Shown piece by piece: positions 1-12,800 of a DNA stretch of 64,000 bases. Within the stretch, counting starts at the first letter, position 1. Each line of letters opens with the position of its first letter. Source of the stretch: Phoronis australis (lineage: Eukaryota > Animalia > Phoronida); NCBI GenBank assembly GCA_002633005.1, contig NMRA01000148.1, positions 62,001 through 126,000 on the forward strand, in the 5' to 3' direction. A program made the position numbers and the translations under genes. The notes beneath the pieces are model-generated. The model worked only from the letters and a program-made list of their open reading frames with translations. It was not told the origin of the DNA and did not search any database.

Positions 1-775
1 ACATAACTTGGCCAACAGCAGGTTGGTCGGAGAACTGCAGTAAACTGTGACACGCACACTAAAAACACGACAGAAACATAAACTAGACAATTACATTTCG
101 AGGCCTTATCATCGTTCATATTCTACAAACATCGATACTTTCCGCTTTGAACATATTAGTTCTTGTGAAACAGACACTCATTCTATTCTTTATTTCCACC
201 AGTTTAGAATACAGAGATTCATCAATCGAAAGACATCAATAAAATAACAACATTTCGTAAATTACAACCTTCCATCTTGTTTTGTTGTTTTTAATGGCAA
301 TTCAAAAAAGCAACGTTCATTGCTGTTCGTCAGTGGAGGCCATTTTGTTGATGCACCACAAGATATTATTTTGATAATTCCCTACTTAAATCTGCTTATT
401 TTGAAAACATTTGATTTCGTACTGTAAGACCATCATTCCTTTCATGACGTTTTAGACTGAAAAGAAGCAGGAACAGTATCTTTAAGCTGTCCTAAGGTGA
501 CTCAAAGCAGCACCAACTACAAACTCCACCTTGTGTTTGGTCACTGTACCAGTCCATTTTTCCAGTGGGCTAAAAGAAACATTACTGCCACCCCATAAAA
601 TGAATATATTGTAACAATTTGTCTGTACTGGCTACAACTCGACATTAAGTTTCAAATGAGGCAGAGATATCTTCAGAAGAATGAAGGAAACTGTTTCTGT
701 AAGACAATTTTCTAACAAAATGCACAAAAGTCAAACTTAGATAAAGATATTATATAGATAAATTTTACTTCATAC

Positions 776-897
776 CTGGGTGATGAAAAGTTGTCTTTTC
801 CAAAGCACCAGGCGACTGTCACTAGTGAGAGTATTGAACGACTGACTTGTCATACATGACCGTGAAGAGAACTGGGACAGCTCGTTAGATGTATAGC
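776..897 (-). CDS. TEX10: TEX10 coding exon 11
   Basis: Acceptor gattttag, donor gtatga; GYTSNELSQFSS...WKRQLFITQ; phase 1 to 0; no stop, so the gene continues. Confidence 0.82.
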
Positions 898-3800
898 CTA
901 AAATCATTTAAGCAATGTCTTAAAAGGATACAAAACCCCGGTTCCACCATGACCTATAACACATTTAGTACCTTCTCTGAGCAAAAAAGCTTTATCCAAG
1001 AACATACAACAGAAATAAAAAATAGACTATCAGCAAATAATCATAATTCTAACTAGGTGCTAGTATGTCCATTTGAATTTCCACAAGAAGTAGCAAGACA
1101 AGGATTTTGCACGGGAAGTGAGTAGTACCACTATAACAAGTTTCTTGTCAGAAAAACGAGATCATGCAAAATCAAGCGACTGAAAGACGAGTGTTAAGAA
1201 AGTACCCCCAGACATCTTACTAGCCATAATTACAGTAAGAAACTTCATATTCACTACGTGGTGCTCATAAAGGCACCTCTTTTTGACATCTGAATAGATT
1301 GAGAGTAGAAAGCAGTTCCTCAGCAAGGGGGCCTTTGTGTGTGATAAGGAACTAACTTGATTTACCTGAGTTTCTATGGGAGGATCCCTTGCTTCACTAG
1401 TGACACCTAATGAGTCTCATGTTAACCATTGGGTTTCTATCCAGCACTTGCAGGAATTGAGAGGTGACTCGTAATTAACATAAAGCTGTGTAATTTTGAA
1501 ACTGGATGGTTTGGCCACACCTGTCAAAACATTTCTTTTCAACACTTTTGCATGTCAACACAAAATAAGATCTGTTTGGGGACAGCAGTTTTCTATTATG
1601 ATTTGAGAACTACTTTTGTGGTTGAGTAACTTGGCATGCAGTTTGCGTTTTTGAAGAGAACATACCACAGACTAGGGACAGCAACAAACTAATGTACATT
1701 GTTCTCTCTTCCACGTCATCAGGCAGTCGTCGGACGCACCTAAAATGCAAAATGATTTTAATACATATCGCTTACAAAAACAGCACAAAGATATCATGTA
1801 CATAATTCCTGGAGTACACATTCAAACAGGTATAACGTAAGTTTCCACAAAAGGAAACGACTCTATAAAAATGCCCAAAATGCTTTCACATCAGGTTATG
1901 TGATGCCGTTTTTAGTGACCATATTCTTCAATGCCTTAAACGGATCTTTTTAACTTGTTTTCACATCATCAAAGCTATGTAAAAGCATGGATATATTTCA
2001 AATTTTGGCTAACTTCGAAAAATCATATCTCCAAAATGGCTGTCAGATTCGTATGGAACTTTCATAAATTATGCTTTATGTACTGTTCTTCAAAATGTAA
2101 GGAATTGTTTTAAATGTTCTACTTGTGCATGACGCGTTATCCAAAAGCAGACGCAAACACAATGGTGGGAGATAAAATTATGAGTTAGAACCAGAAAGAT
2201 CATCAGAGACAAGCTGGCATGTTAGCATTTCAAACATGACCATGGCCAATCACATGTAATCACACACACACTTTCATTTTCCTAGCCACCAGATATGGGT
2301 ACTAGTTACAGACTTTTTGGTGTTGCCATAGAGACTCTGGCTTTCCATTTTCAATCACAGAAAAACCTGTTTTAGCAAACCAAAAATTCATCATGTATTT
2401 TTTTAGTCAAAAGTTACTTGATCGACACAAAAATGATTTGAGAATTGCCTTAATCTTGCCATGTTTTACACATAACTAGTTACACAACAAGTGATTGGTG
2501 CTCAACAGGCAGAGTAAGGAAACACATCAGTGCCAGGTTCATAAAGAATATAGAACTATTTGAACATGTGCGCAGCAAAGCGATCGGCGATGGCCGAAAC
2601 CAGTCTCAGGCAATAAATTTAATGGACTACATTTTCAATTCTTGATATTTATAAACCAAAATATTTTAGAGCTTCCATACATGAACTCCATTCGAAGCCT
2701 CAAATTACACGTAAGAAAGTCAACGTTGTCATCGCAGAAACCCAAGGTATTTACTGCCACCAGTTTAGTGGTCAGGTCGCAATATTTAGGCATCCAGCCG
2801 CTAATTGTTTCCATCACCCACCACGTGTATGTTACATATTAATGGGCTGCTCTGTGTCCTCTCAACAAGAAGCAGACGACATTTTATTACCTGTGGTGAA
2901 GCACCTGGATGCAGTAGTCAATAACCTCACTGTCGACTTTCTCACGTCGCAAAGATAACATAATGTTTTTCCATGCCAGCGGGATGTCAATCTTTTCTAC
3001 ACAAAAGACTATTTCCAGAATTTTCCTCTGACTTGGAGCAGAGCTGTTGGCAAACAATCCATTGTCAGGATCTACAAAATACCAAGCATACATTTGAAAC
3101 ACACCAAATTCCGTATCAATTACATAAAGTAGGATGGTCACGTCAATTGGAGATACTGAAAAATAATCAAAAAGGTGTAATTTTCACAATTCTTTCTTGA
3201 AAAGGCATTTTGAAAACTTTTCCACACTCAATTTTATATATCATAAATGGCCAAATATTCTCATTTCTATCAAAACAGAATAGTTAATGTTCAAAGTATT
3301 ACCAAGCCTGTCTGTTAAAATATTTTTTATTTTTTGTCTTTAGGCTACTGCCGCAAGCTAGTGTTCTGATTTTGAAGACAACTTGTTAAGTTGTAGTTGG
3401 GGCCTTTTTGGATGTTTTCCACTTTTGCAGCAGGCCTCACTAATCCTTCTTGGGCTCATCCAAAAGAATTTATAATACCTCATTGTATATACTTGTGTGT
3501 CTTTCTGAATGAAGTGATTCACTACTACTAGTGTGTTTGACAAAGTCTGTATTACAAAAAACATTTCTAAAGCCTTTCCATATCGTGACAGAAATTGATT
3601 TTCCAGACCAAATTGATCATTCAAGGCGTTGGCAAATCAAACAAGTGACTCAAGAATAAACGGTCAGTTCCGATTGGCTTGTCCTTCCAAGTTGGGCCAC
3701 AAGTGGCGGATTTAGAGAGGGGGGCAAGGGGGCCATGATTTGTCAAGCAATGATTAAAAAAACAAATCCTGCATTATATGGTTGCAAGCCTCAGGTGGAT

Positions 3801-6800
3801 TTTCTGTTTTGAAAAAAGTGATCAACTAAAAAACACCGCGCCACCGACTCAACTTTCAAAAAAACAGACACTAGGACCAATTTTGCTTTGGCCTTGCAGA
3901 TATGACCAAGCAGCTCATGTGGACCATTGGGTATTAGTCACTTGAAAGGATCCCGCATTCTGAGAACCAGTTTTGTCCACAGAATAGCAAGCATCGAACT
4001 GGTTCTCAAAATCTAGGACCCTTGTAAGTGACTATTGCCAACCACTGAATTCAAACGGCAATTGTATTAGCATTAGGAAACTTGTTCCTTCTATCCATGA
4101 TTGAACGGCTGTGTATTTCCACCTGGCCCAGGTCCATGAATGGGAAAACTGCCCCTTCTTTACAAGGACTCTCACAGTGTTACAGCATACCAAAAAGTTG
4201 GGGCAGCAACTTCTGGAAGTTCTGGAGTACCAGGTTGTTCTTGCGACTGGCCATTTGATGTATGATGTCCAGAGTGACCACTGTGGTCTTATGGCCGGCG
4301 TCCACCTTAGACAAGGTCACAAGCAATGTAGGTAGAGATTCCACCCAGTCAGTCACTATAGGATTACTGAAACAAAGAACTTCTTTAGGTTCTAAAACTT
4401 TACAAAATTCGTTTTGCGGATTAAGATATCAAATGCAATGTTGTCCCTTAAATTTTGAGAGATCCATGTCAACACCATTTTGATAACTTCACCTCGAAAA
4501 AAACAGAAATTATCAAGAATGATTTAAAATTTATTTGATAGTAAGTAATTGACCAGAAATGTCCTCAAAAGAGTAATGCCCCTCTTAAAGAGACAATGAA
4601 GTGAACTGTTGTCAAAAAAGGAACGCATTTACAGTATTTTCTAACCAAGACTTATTTATACTTTTACACGTATTCCATCATATCATAATGACCGTACTAA
4701 CAATGTTTTAAAATGTATAATTAAACATCCTAACAAACCTTTCATCATTTAATTGAACACTGTATGCATATATAATTACAAAAAATAGTTTCAGGCGGTC
4801 TGGACGTGCGCATGTTGGTCTATTGAACCAATCACCTGAAACTATTTTTATGCTATATTAAAATATGGTTAAAACTGAACTGAGGAGTTAGAGACCTGAT
4901 TCAAGGGTCTAGCAGTGCGCCCCAGTAGAACTGGAGTCCACGACCTTGAGTAAAGGAAGCCAACACTTATCCCACTAGGCCACAATGGATGCTTGTATGT
5001 AAAGTTCTACCTTGAATACTTGAAGCCTTCATTTCCCAGGACTAAGTCGGCAAGGAAATCCTTGAGATAAAGCCGTCGTTCAGCAGACAAGTCATGACTC
5101 TTCTTGTATGAGTCATAGACAGCTTGTAAAATACTTTCTGAAAACATGCAAAACTGGGTTTATATCAAATCTATTTATGACTCTAAATGAAAAACGTTTA
5201 ACAGCAACACATCTGCCTGGCTTACATCCGTGTTGACAAAATACAAAACACACACGCCATTTCCTTCATCGACAAATACTTCTCGACGTTAGCTTCCTCT
5301 GTGTGAGTCATTCCAACACCTCAGTGCACAACAATGAGGTAAAATTCTACAGTTAGAGTCACAATATGGCGTACAAGTGGAATAGCGGATTTGCAGCGAC
5401 GCCATATTGAAATTTGGTTAATATGGTGCATTATGGGTGTTGTGGTCAGGATTCCGAAAGCGGCCATAGTAACAAGCATAATACGCGGTATGAGCGCGAA
5501 GAAAACTTACGGCGGATACACGTTGTGTTCCTGGCTGCTTCAAAAACAACAAGAGAGATAAAAATCTGAGTTTTTATGTGTTCCCTGCAAACCAAGAACT
5601 TCGTGAAAAATGGATAAACAACATTAGGAAAGCTGGGAGTAAGGGGAGATTTAGCGCATTCAAACCAACGCGGGGCCATCTAGTAGGCAACACGTAGCCC
5701 CTCGGTTGGCCATATAGGGGCTACAATACTTCCATTCGCTTTCTGTATTCATTTCGTTACTTCAGTGTATTTTAAACTGGCCGTGACCGGATTTGGGATA
5801 CCGATTTCGAGTTTTCACCCCGTCAAAAATGCAATCTACACTTAAAACTATCATTTAAAAAACGCTTACTTTCATCATTGGTCCTTTCTACTTCCATACA
5901 TATCTTTGATGAAGCTTAGTTGTGAGAATTAAGTTGACTTTGGCGAAGAATTACAACTCCACTTTTTTGTTGCCGTTAATTTTATCACCGCGTGCACGAT
6001 AGCCACAAAGCATGTCAACTGAATCACGTGAGTTAGGCAAGGGTTAGCGCGAGACTGAGCGAAGCGCGTGACGCTAGCGCGCGACACTTGTAAAATAGCA
6101 TGAGAAGGTATCGGGTGAAACTTGTAAGATGTGTGTCCCTTGGACTTTTTATTCGTCAACATGCGTAATTTTATGTAACTTCCTCAAAATGGCACCCGGT
6201 AACTGAGAGAAACTCGAGCAAACCGCGACAGATTTTCATCGATTTGTTCAAGTTTTGCTGACTAAATTGTATCCAGAGTCGTGGTATGTGTTAATTGTAA
6301 CTCCGTGTTCCTATATGTATGGTTCATTTGATTTTATTTGCTGTATTTTGAAATGAATAACTTTTTGTGAGGATGTACTATCGCCCCTGAATGCCTGCGG
6401 CATCCAGTGCGATGTGATTGCCTAGGGGCCATCGTGTGTGCAGCGAACATTTTCCTGGTGAAAAAAAGACTTATGAGAACAACATTCCGACTGAGTTTCC
6501 TCTTAAAATTAACGTCTCTAGCATATCCACGGCGAAAGCTACAAAAGTTAAGCAACCCAAGAACTCTCAACTTGTCTGAAACAGGAGGAGATTTCGAAAT
6601 CAACGCCAATAGCCCCAATACTGAACATGACGACAGTCGTGCCCTCGGTCACACGGTCACTGATCATAGCTACGCTGTGTTTACAAACGAGAGAGAGGAC
6701 TTGCTTGGTATTATAAAGCAAAAAAATGAAACGTGGTTTTTAGTTTGCACATCACTCCAAATGCACACACTATCCAGCCTGCTCAAGACATGCCTGACCA

Positions 6801-9800
6801 CAAGCTATCCCATGAGCCTTCGCGAAGGAAGTAACTCGCACATGCGCAATGCGTAGTTCGTCTGCGCTGCAAATCCGCTATTTAATTTAGTCAAAATGCA
6901 CAACAAACTTTAAAATTTGATACATGGACATTTTTACATTGTTGTTAGCATCAGGGTGTGCATGGTACAGATGTCCAATAGCAAAAATTTGGTAAAAGTT
7001 GAGCATTTGCAGCAATGATGTAAGCCTTTTTGAAAAAAACGAAAAGTGGTGATTTTGGCAATTATATTTGTACCAGAATGAAGAATTTGTACGATCTTAA
7101 TTTGACAGCATTACGATCACAAAGAACTTACGCCACAAAATCCAACACTCCGACACAGTCACATGCAAAATGTAAAAGATGCCCGGTGTTTGTGAAACAA
7201 AAACTATTTCCTCATTTGGCAACAAAGCTTACCTTAGGAGATCACTGAGGTACGCCAAGAATAAGTTATAACTCTGAAAAGTCCATCAAAAGTTTTTAAT
7301 CTAGTGTCAGCTTGGTCATTTTGAGGCCAATCACAAATTTATTCACGTTCCATAGACAACAAAAACTAATAGTCTTTGCAGGAACTCGATTGCCTTTTAA
7401 TTCTTATAATTAATTACAAAACCAGTGCTTGGCTACCTTTAACGAAAATTTCCATACCTGCATGCTGCGTCTTCAGAAGCCTCTTTGCAATGACAATATA
7501 TTCAACGCACTCCTGCGCAGACAGCTTCTTATAACGGAAAATGTCACGAGCGTAGCGTGCCACATCGTTCATTGGGAACTGAGACGAACTCATGAAGAAG
7601 CTCATAACTTTGCATATTCCCATATTCAGGGAACAAATCAGGCTCTGGAACAACACCAGTAGCTACAATTGACCAATGGCTGGGTGTCCTTCAAGTAAAC
7701 ATACACATTTGTATTTGAAGCATGTCGTGTAATTGGTTAGTTTCGAGTTAGAGTCTGAGTCAAGTCTGAGTTCGGAGATTAGATCCAGAGATGAGGAGTT
7801 TTTTGGGACTTAAAATCACTTTTCAAAAAAGTCAGATGTTTTCAATCGAGTCACCAGTGCTCTCTTTTGGAAATCTCCATAGAAAAATCACTAAGCGCCA
7901 GTAAAAATAACCAAACTGAACACGTGCTCATTTGCAATACACAGTTTAAATTTCCCATAATTTTCGATTAGAGGCAAAAATAATGTAAAATACTCTATCT
8001 CGGCAAAAACAAAGCACATCACAAAGACATTTATTTATCCATTAAGCTCGACTGTCCATTTCAAGTCTATTATCCATATGTGACTCAATAGTGATGACAT
8101 TCAAATCAAAGACGTCAACTCATGTGACCATCCGTGGCATGATCAGAGGCTTCACCGTCTATGTCAGAGGCAACTTCAATCTTTATAAACCACCTCCGCG
8201 AGTGCGTGCGTTTTCGTGTAAGGAGCTTAACAACTTGTGATGAAAAAATAAAATAAAAAAGTAAATGTCTCCTTTTCCATATTAACAGTAGACACAACAC
8301 ACAAACACTGTACCTCTTCCTCTTCAACACTCATTTTGCGTTTTCGCGGTACAAATCCATCACTACAAGAGAACGGAAACCTTTCAAGGAAGTGCTTGAT
8401 GAAGTCTTTGGCATAGTTTTCTCTCAACCAGTCCATCTGTAACACAGGGATACAAGTTGTACAGTCTAGAGTTCACAATGACCAAACGCAAAAAGTAACT
8501 TTTGATATCGACAACTTACCGTTACGAAATTGGTTTCAAATTTTTCCTTAGGCACTTCAGAGATGAGTTCAGGGCTTTGAAAGAATCACACTTTGTTACT
8601 GCTTGAGTTCAGGTTCTACAAGTTGGCTTGTCACAGAGTGTCATTTTATATGCCGAGCATGGTCTTAAGGAGTAACAAACTTCTCATCTGAGTAAGGAAC
8701 AAAGTGAAAGCAATATCATAGCAGTTGGAGGTCTAAATAAAAAGATTGCTTTTTGGATGGAACGCGGATACATAACCACTTTAATTCTTCCTGTAGATGT
8801 TCTCAATCTCTGACAAGTGGCACTGAAGATATCTATAACACCAATTACAGAATAATTTCAAGAAAATGCTTATTTTATCTAGCTAGCCGCAGCAGAGATG
8901 ATGTCCCTTCCTACTACCGTTTGTGTGATAGAATCTTTTTGACAGATTACACTGCTAAAGTCACGGAGACATAAGTACCTTTCTAACCTAGAGAGACACA
9001 TTTGCCGGCCGTCAATGTTTTTAATCCTTCTAACTCATACAAATACTTTCATGGTAATAGTGACTTCTTTCTCACAAGTTCTTTCATTAATAAAATCTTT
9101 TATTATGGCCATTTTTCAATGAAGATATATTGGATAAAATGAAGACTTCTGCAATAGGTATCCGCTAAAATTACATTAAAAAATACCCATGCTAAAAATT
9201 TTGTTAGCGAGAGGAGTAATATCTAGGACAGAAATTGCAATTGCAGGACCATTTGTTTGAGTTGGAAGGATTTAAAGACACTGATGACCCCCACAGTGTC
9301 CCTCTACACTCTACAGGTACTGATACAGTGCATGCCAGAAGGAATCAGACAAAATACCATTTCTACGCTATGACATGTAGCGTCACGACCAGTTATGGTG
9401 GGTCATTCTAGCTACTCTGACAGTGAAGTCTGCTTGCACTCCATAGTCATGATAAGAAATATGCCTTTTGCTCAGCAACCATGATGAGGAATGCGCATTG
9501 AGTACCACATTTAACCAGAACACATGCACGTGCTTTTACGGGAAAACATACGGTGTTATCTTTAGTGTCCATCTCATCGGCTTGTTGCCATAGCAACTCG
9601 AGAAGTTTCACCGCTGCGGTCTTCATGTGCAGCGCTTCTGGTGATAATGTGCCCTCTGAAAGGAGTCAAGTGTCCACTTTTCAACAACAAATGAGCATTC
9701 AGTATAGATGATGAAGTGTCTTTCGCAATATGTAGGCACAAAGCAGTGTCAGTGTTCAAAATATTTGCTATCACTTGTCTATACTGCTTGGGTTGAGAAA

Positions 9801-12800
9801 ACGCAAGAATTTTGCAAAGGAAGCTAAATGTAATCACATGCTTAACTTGTAATACATGGCGATACCTCACAAATTATTAGGTGTTCTTGCGTTTTTGCGA
9901 GTTTCTCTTGTCTACAGAACATTCGCCAGGTCCCTCCGCACAGCGCTTGGTCATGGAACCGGTCTATTTAGTCAGTCATGTTGCATTTAGTGCAAAATAT
10001 GATATGATGAGTCCAACAACCAATCACATCACGCCTGCTGTCAAGCACTAGCTAACTGCCATCCTTTCCCAAATCTACTTTTAATCTGAGTAAATGTCAC
10101 GCTAAAACCATTTTTAAGTTGCTTATTTCCAGAGTTCACTTTTTTACTATAGGTTGGTGCATAACAGCTTTAACAAAATTTCTTCTGAGCAATAAATTGT
10201 GGTATTTCTTCACAGGAGTAGGTAGTGAAGACAGATTTCTTTGGTGCACAGGAGTTAATTTTAGATCCGTTGCACTACTAAGTCTACGACAGAGCAACAT
10301 AAGCCAAATCCACATAAAAGTTACCATTGACTTGTCAGCAAGACCATTCGATAGTGTCAGCCAATCTTGTTTGTAACAAGATGATCTACTTACAGTACAA
10401 GACAAAAGCATTCAGACAAAATGACTTGGGATTCCCAGTCATGACGGCTGAGTGGAAGACAAATTCATCATCAGAGTAGTCTTCTTACACGAGCAAGATT
10501 GACAGGGCATTAACAGGAAAGTTAGTATTAAGATAACTAAGCCATTCTGTACTTAGAATTTTGTAGCCCTAATAGTTTTTATCAGTAATTTTTGCTGCTA
10601 ACAGAATTGGCCGCCATCACCAGAGGCAGATCCAGGATGGAGGGGGGGTTCAGGGCACAGGAATAAACAAAATTTCGGCAGATGTGCGCACCCAGCCTAA
10701 AATGTAGGGATGCAGGGGTCCCGAATTTTTGGGTTTGCGGACCTTTTGACTAAAAAAAAGCCGTAAACAGGGTTTGTTCAGGGCCTATGCATTTTTTATT
10801 TACCCCTCCCCCCGAGCCCCCCTGGTTGCGTGCATGTGCTAGTCAGCAATTTGCACCCAAACAGCCAAATAGTATCTGGTAGAATTTCAGGGGGGCCATG
10901 GCCCCTTAGCCCCCCCTAAATCCGCCACTGATCACAGAAAACAAAGTTTATCTGATTACTCTTGTCTTGTACTGTACAGTGAATCCAGTAACACCATGAC
11001 TGACCCCAAATATGACCTCTGATCTATTTCAACGCAACTCGGTCACAAATGATGTTAAGTACGCAGTGGCCGAGCATGCAATTCAATCCTTGTATGGCGC
11101 AGATCGGAAGGGTTGAAGGCACGATTGTAGTTACTTTTTTCCTACGTTGACGTCAAGTGTTGTGATTTGGACCTGCAATGACTTCATACAAATAACTTAC
11201 CTTTCCTGTTATCCATGTGGTCATTTTCCGACTCCATCCAGCACTCGATCAACAGTGGTACAAGAGAGGTCATCAATGACTGGAGACCATTCCAGCTACT
11301 CACCAAACTAGATGAACTATCTGAGGAGGCAAAACCTGACCCTGAACTGCTGTTGGAGAGATCAGGTTACTTAGATTAGAATTCATTGCTCTCTTACTGA
11401 ATGCGCATAGCAGTTTTTTTTTACATGACGCAAGCTGACACGGGGCAAGTGTTCGTGTGAAACAATTTCTGTGAAGACACCAATTTTGATGGTCAACTTG
11501 TTTCATGTGAAAAGTGTTTCATGTGAAAAGTTACCCTGGGAGTACAGTGTGTAACGGGTATTATTACACAGAAAGCGTCTCTATAAATTACAACGTGGAT
11601 ATTCATTTATGTTAATTAAATGCTAAAAAATTTGAAGCTGATTTGTTTACATTCACCAGACTCGCAAACAACGAATAGCATGCAGTTAACTTTTTAACTT
11701 AGCCAGAAGAAGGAAGAAAAGACAAGCGTATCTGAGAACTTGTTTACTGTGACTGATTCTTGGCAATGTACTTAAATGTAGCTTTGAACCTTATGTAAAT
11801 GTTGTATTTGCACGCAGAAAGACATGTAGTATAATTACAACTACACTTCAAGAGATTTTACAAGTCTTCGTCAATTTAAATTGAATTCCTGTGATACATT
11901 TAAGGAAATAAACATATCAAAATAAGTCAAAGGACAAGAAATCTGACTTCTACGAGCTGTGTTACCTCAGGTTGAATACTTTGTGTCTGTGGGTATTCAC
12001 TGCACAACTGTGAGGCTGGTGATACACTGGCTGACTATGGCTCCACCTCACTGTTGTCTGTTCAGCATTACAGTCTGCTGATTGGCTTGATGTGTCATGT
12101 GATGATTTGAGTGACAACAGAAGCTTATGCAGTCTTGCCAAAACTTTAGTCCTCCATTTCTGTGTGGAGCCACCACTTGGTTTGATGTTTAATGAGCGCG
12201 ACTTTTTCTTATCCTTGTTTTGCTGCCAGGAAATCTGTTCTAGAAAATTCTGCACAAGTTTACTGGCATCGCTTGACATCAGATGTGGATAATAGTCTAA
12301 GCACACATCTAACACATTGAGAGAATCTCTCTGAATGTCATCATATATATGAGTCATCGCACACCGCAAATGAGCCACTAAAATTGGGAAAAATGCGCTT
12401 ATCTGATCAGCAGAAATATGCTGAAACAATTGCTTCAAAAGTTTCACAGTTGCCTGGCGAACGACAGGGTCCTTGTCAACAAATAACGTTGATACACGTT
12501 CAACAAGTGTTCCTAGGTTGGCAGCCAAAACATCAGGAAAGTTTGTATCTAACTCTTTGAGGCCCACAAGAGCATCGTGTCGTACTGAGGCATTGTAATG
12601 TTCCAGCTGACTAAGAAGATCCTGTAAATAGAAAACATAGAAAATAACAGTCAGCAGGGCATAAAACGAAGTGAACTAGCAGAGGTGATGGGGTGCTGGC
12701 TTTGGCATTAGTAGTTGGCCACCTTGAATCAAAATCAGCTGTCAATTTGTACTGGAATAAAACTCTCGTCATTTACAGTTGAAGTGAGTGGGAATGAATT

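Noticed and set aside
6407-6856. 149-aa ORF as an independent gene
   Set aside because: It is the frameshifted tail of the THAP transposon relic and starts inside the nested insertion.
8520-8732. Exon-like segment in a TEX10 intron (tttag acceptor, gtaagt donor)
   Set aside because: Stops in all three frames, and the flanking exons 9552 and 8436 already join in phase.
10412-10471. Possible C/D box snoRNA on the TEX10 sense strand (ATGATGA ... CTGA, 60 nt)
   Set aside because: No terminal stem, no recognisable rRNA guide, and a hairpin covers the guide position. A snoscan or Infernal search would settle it.
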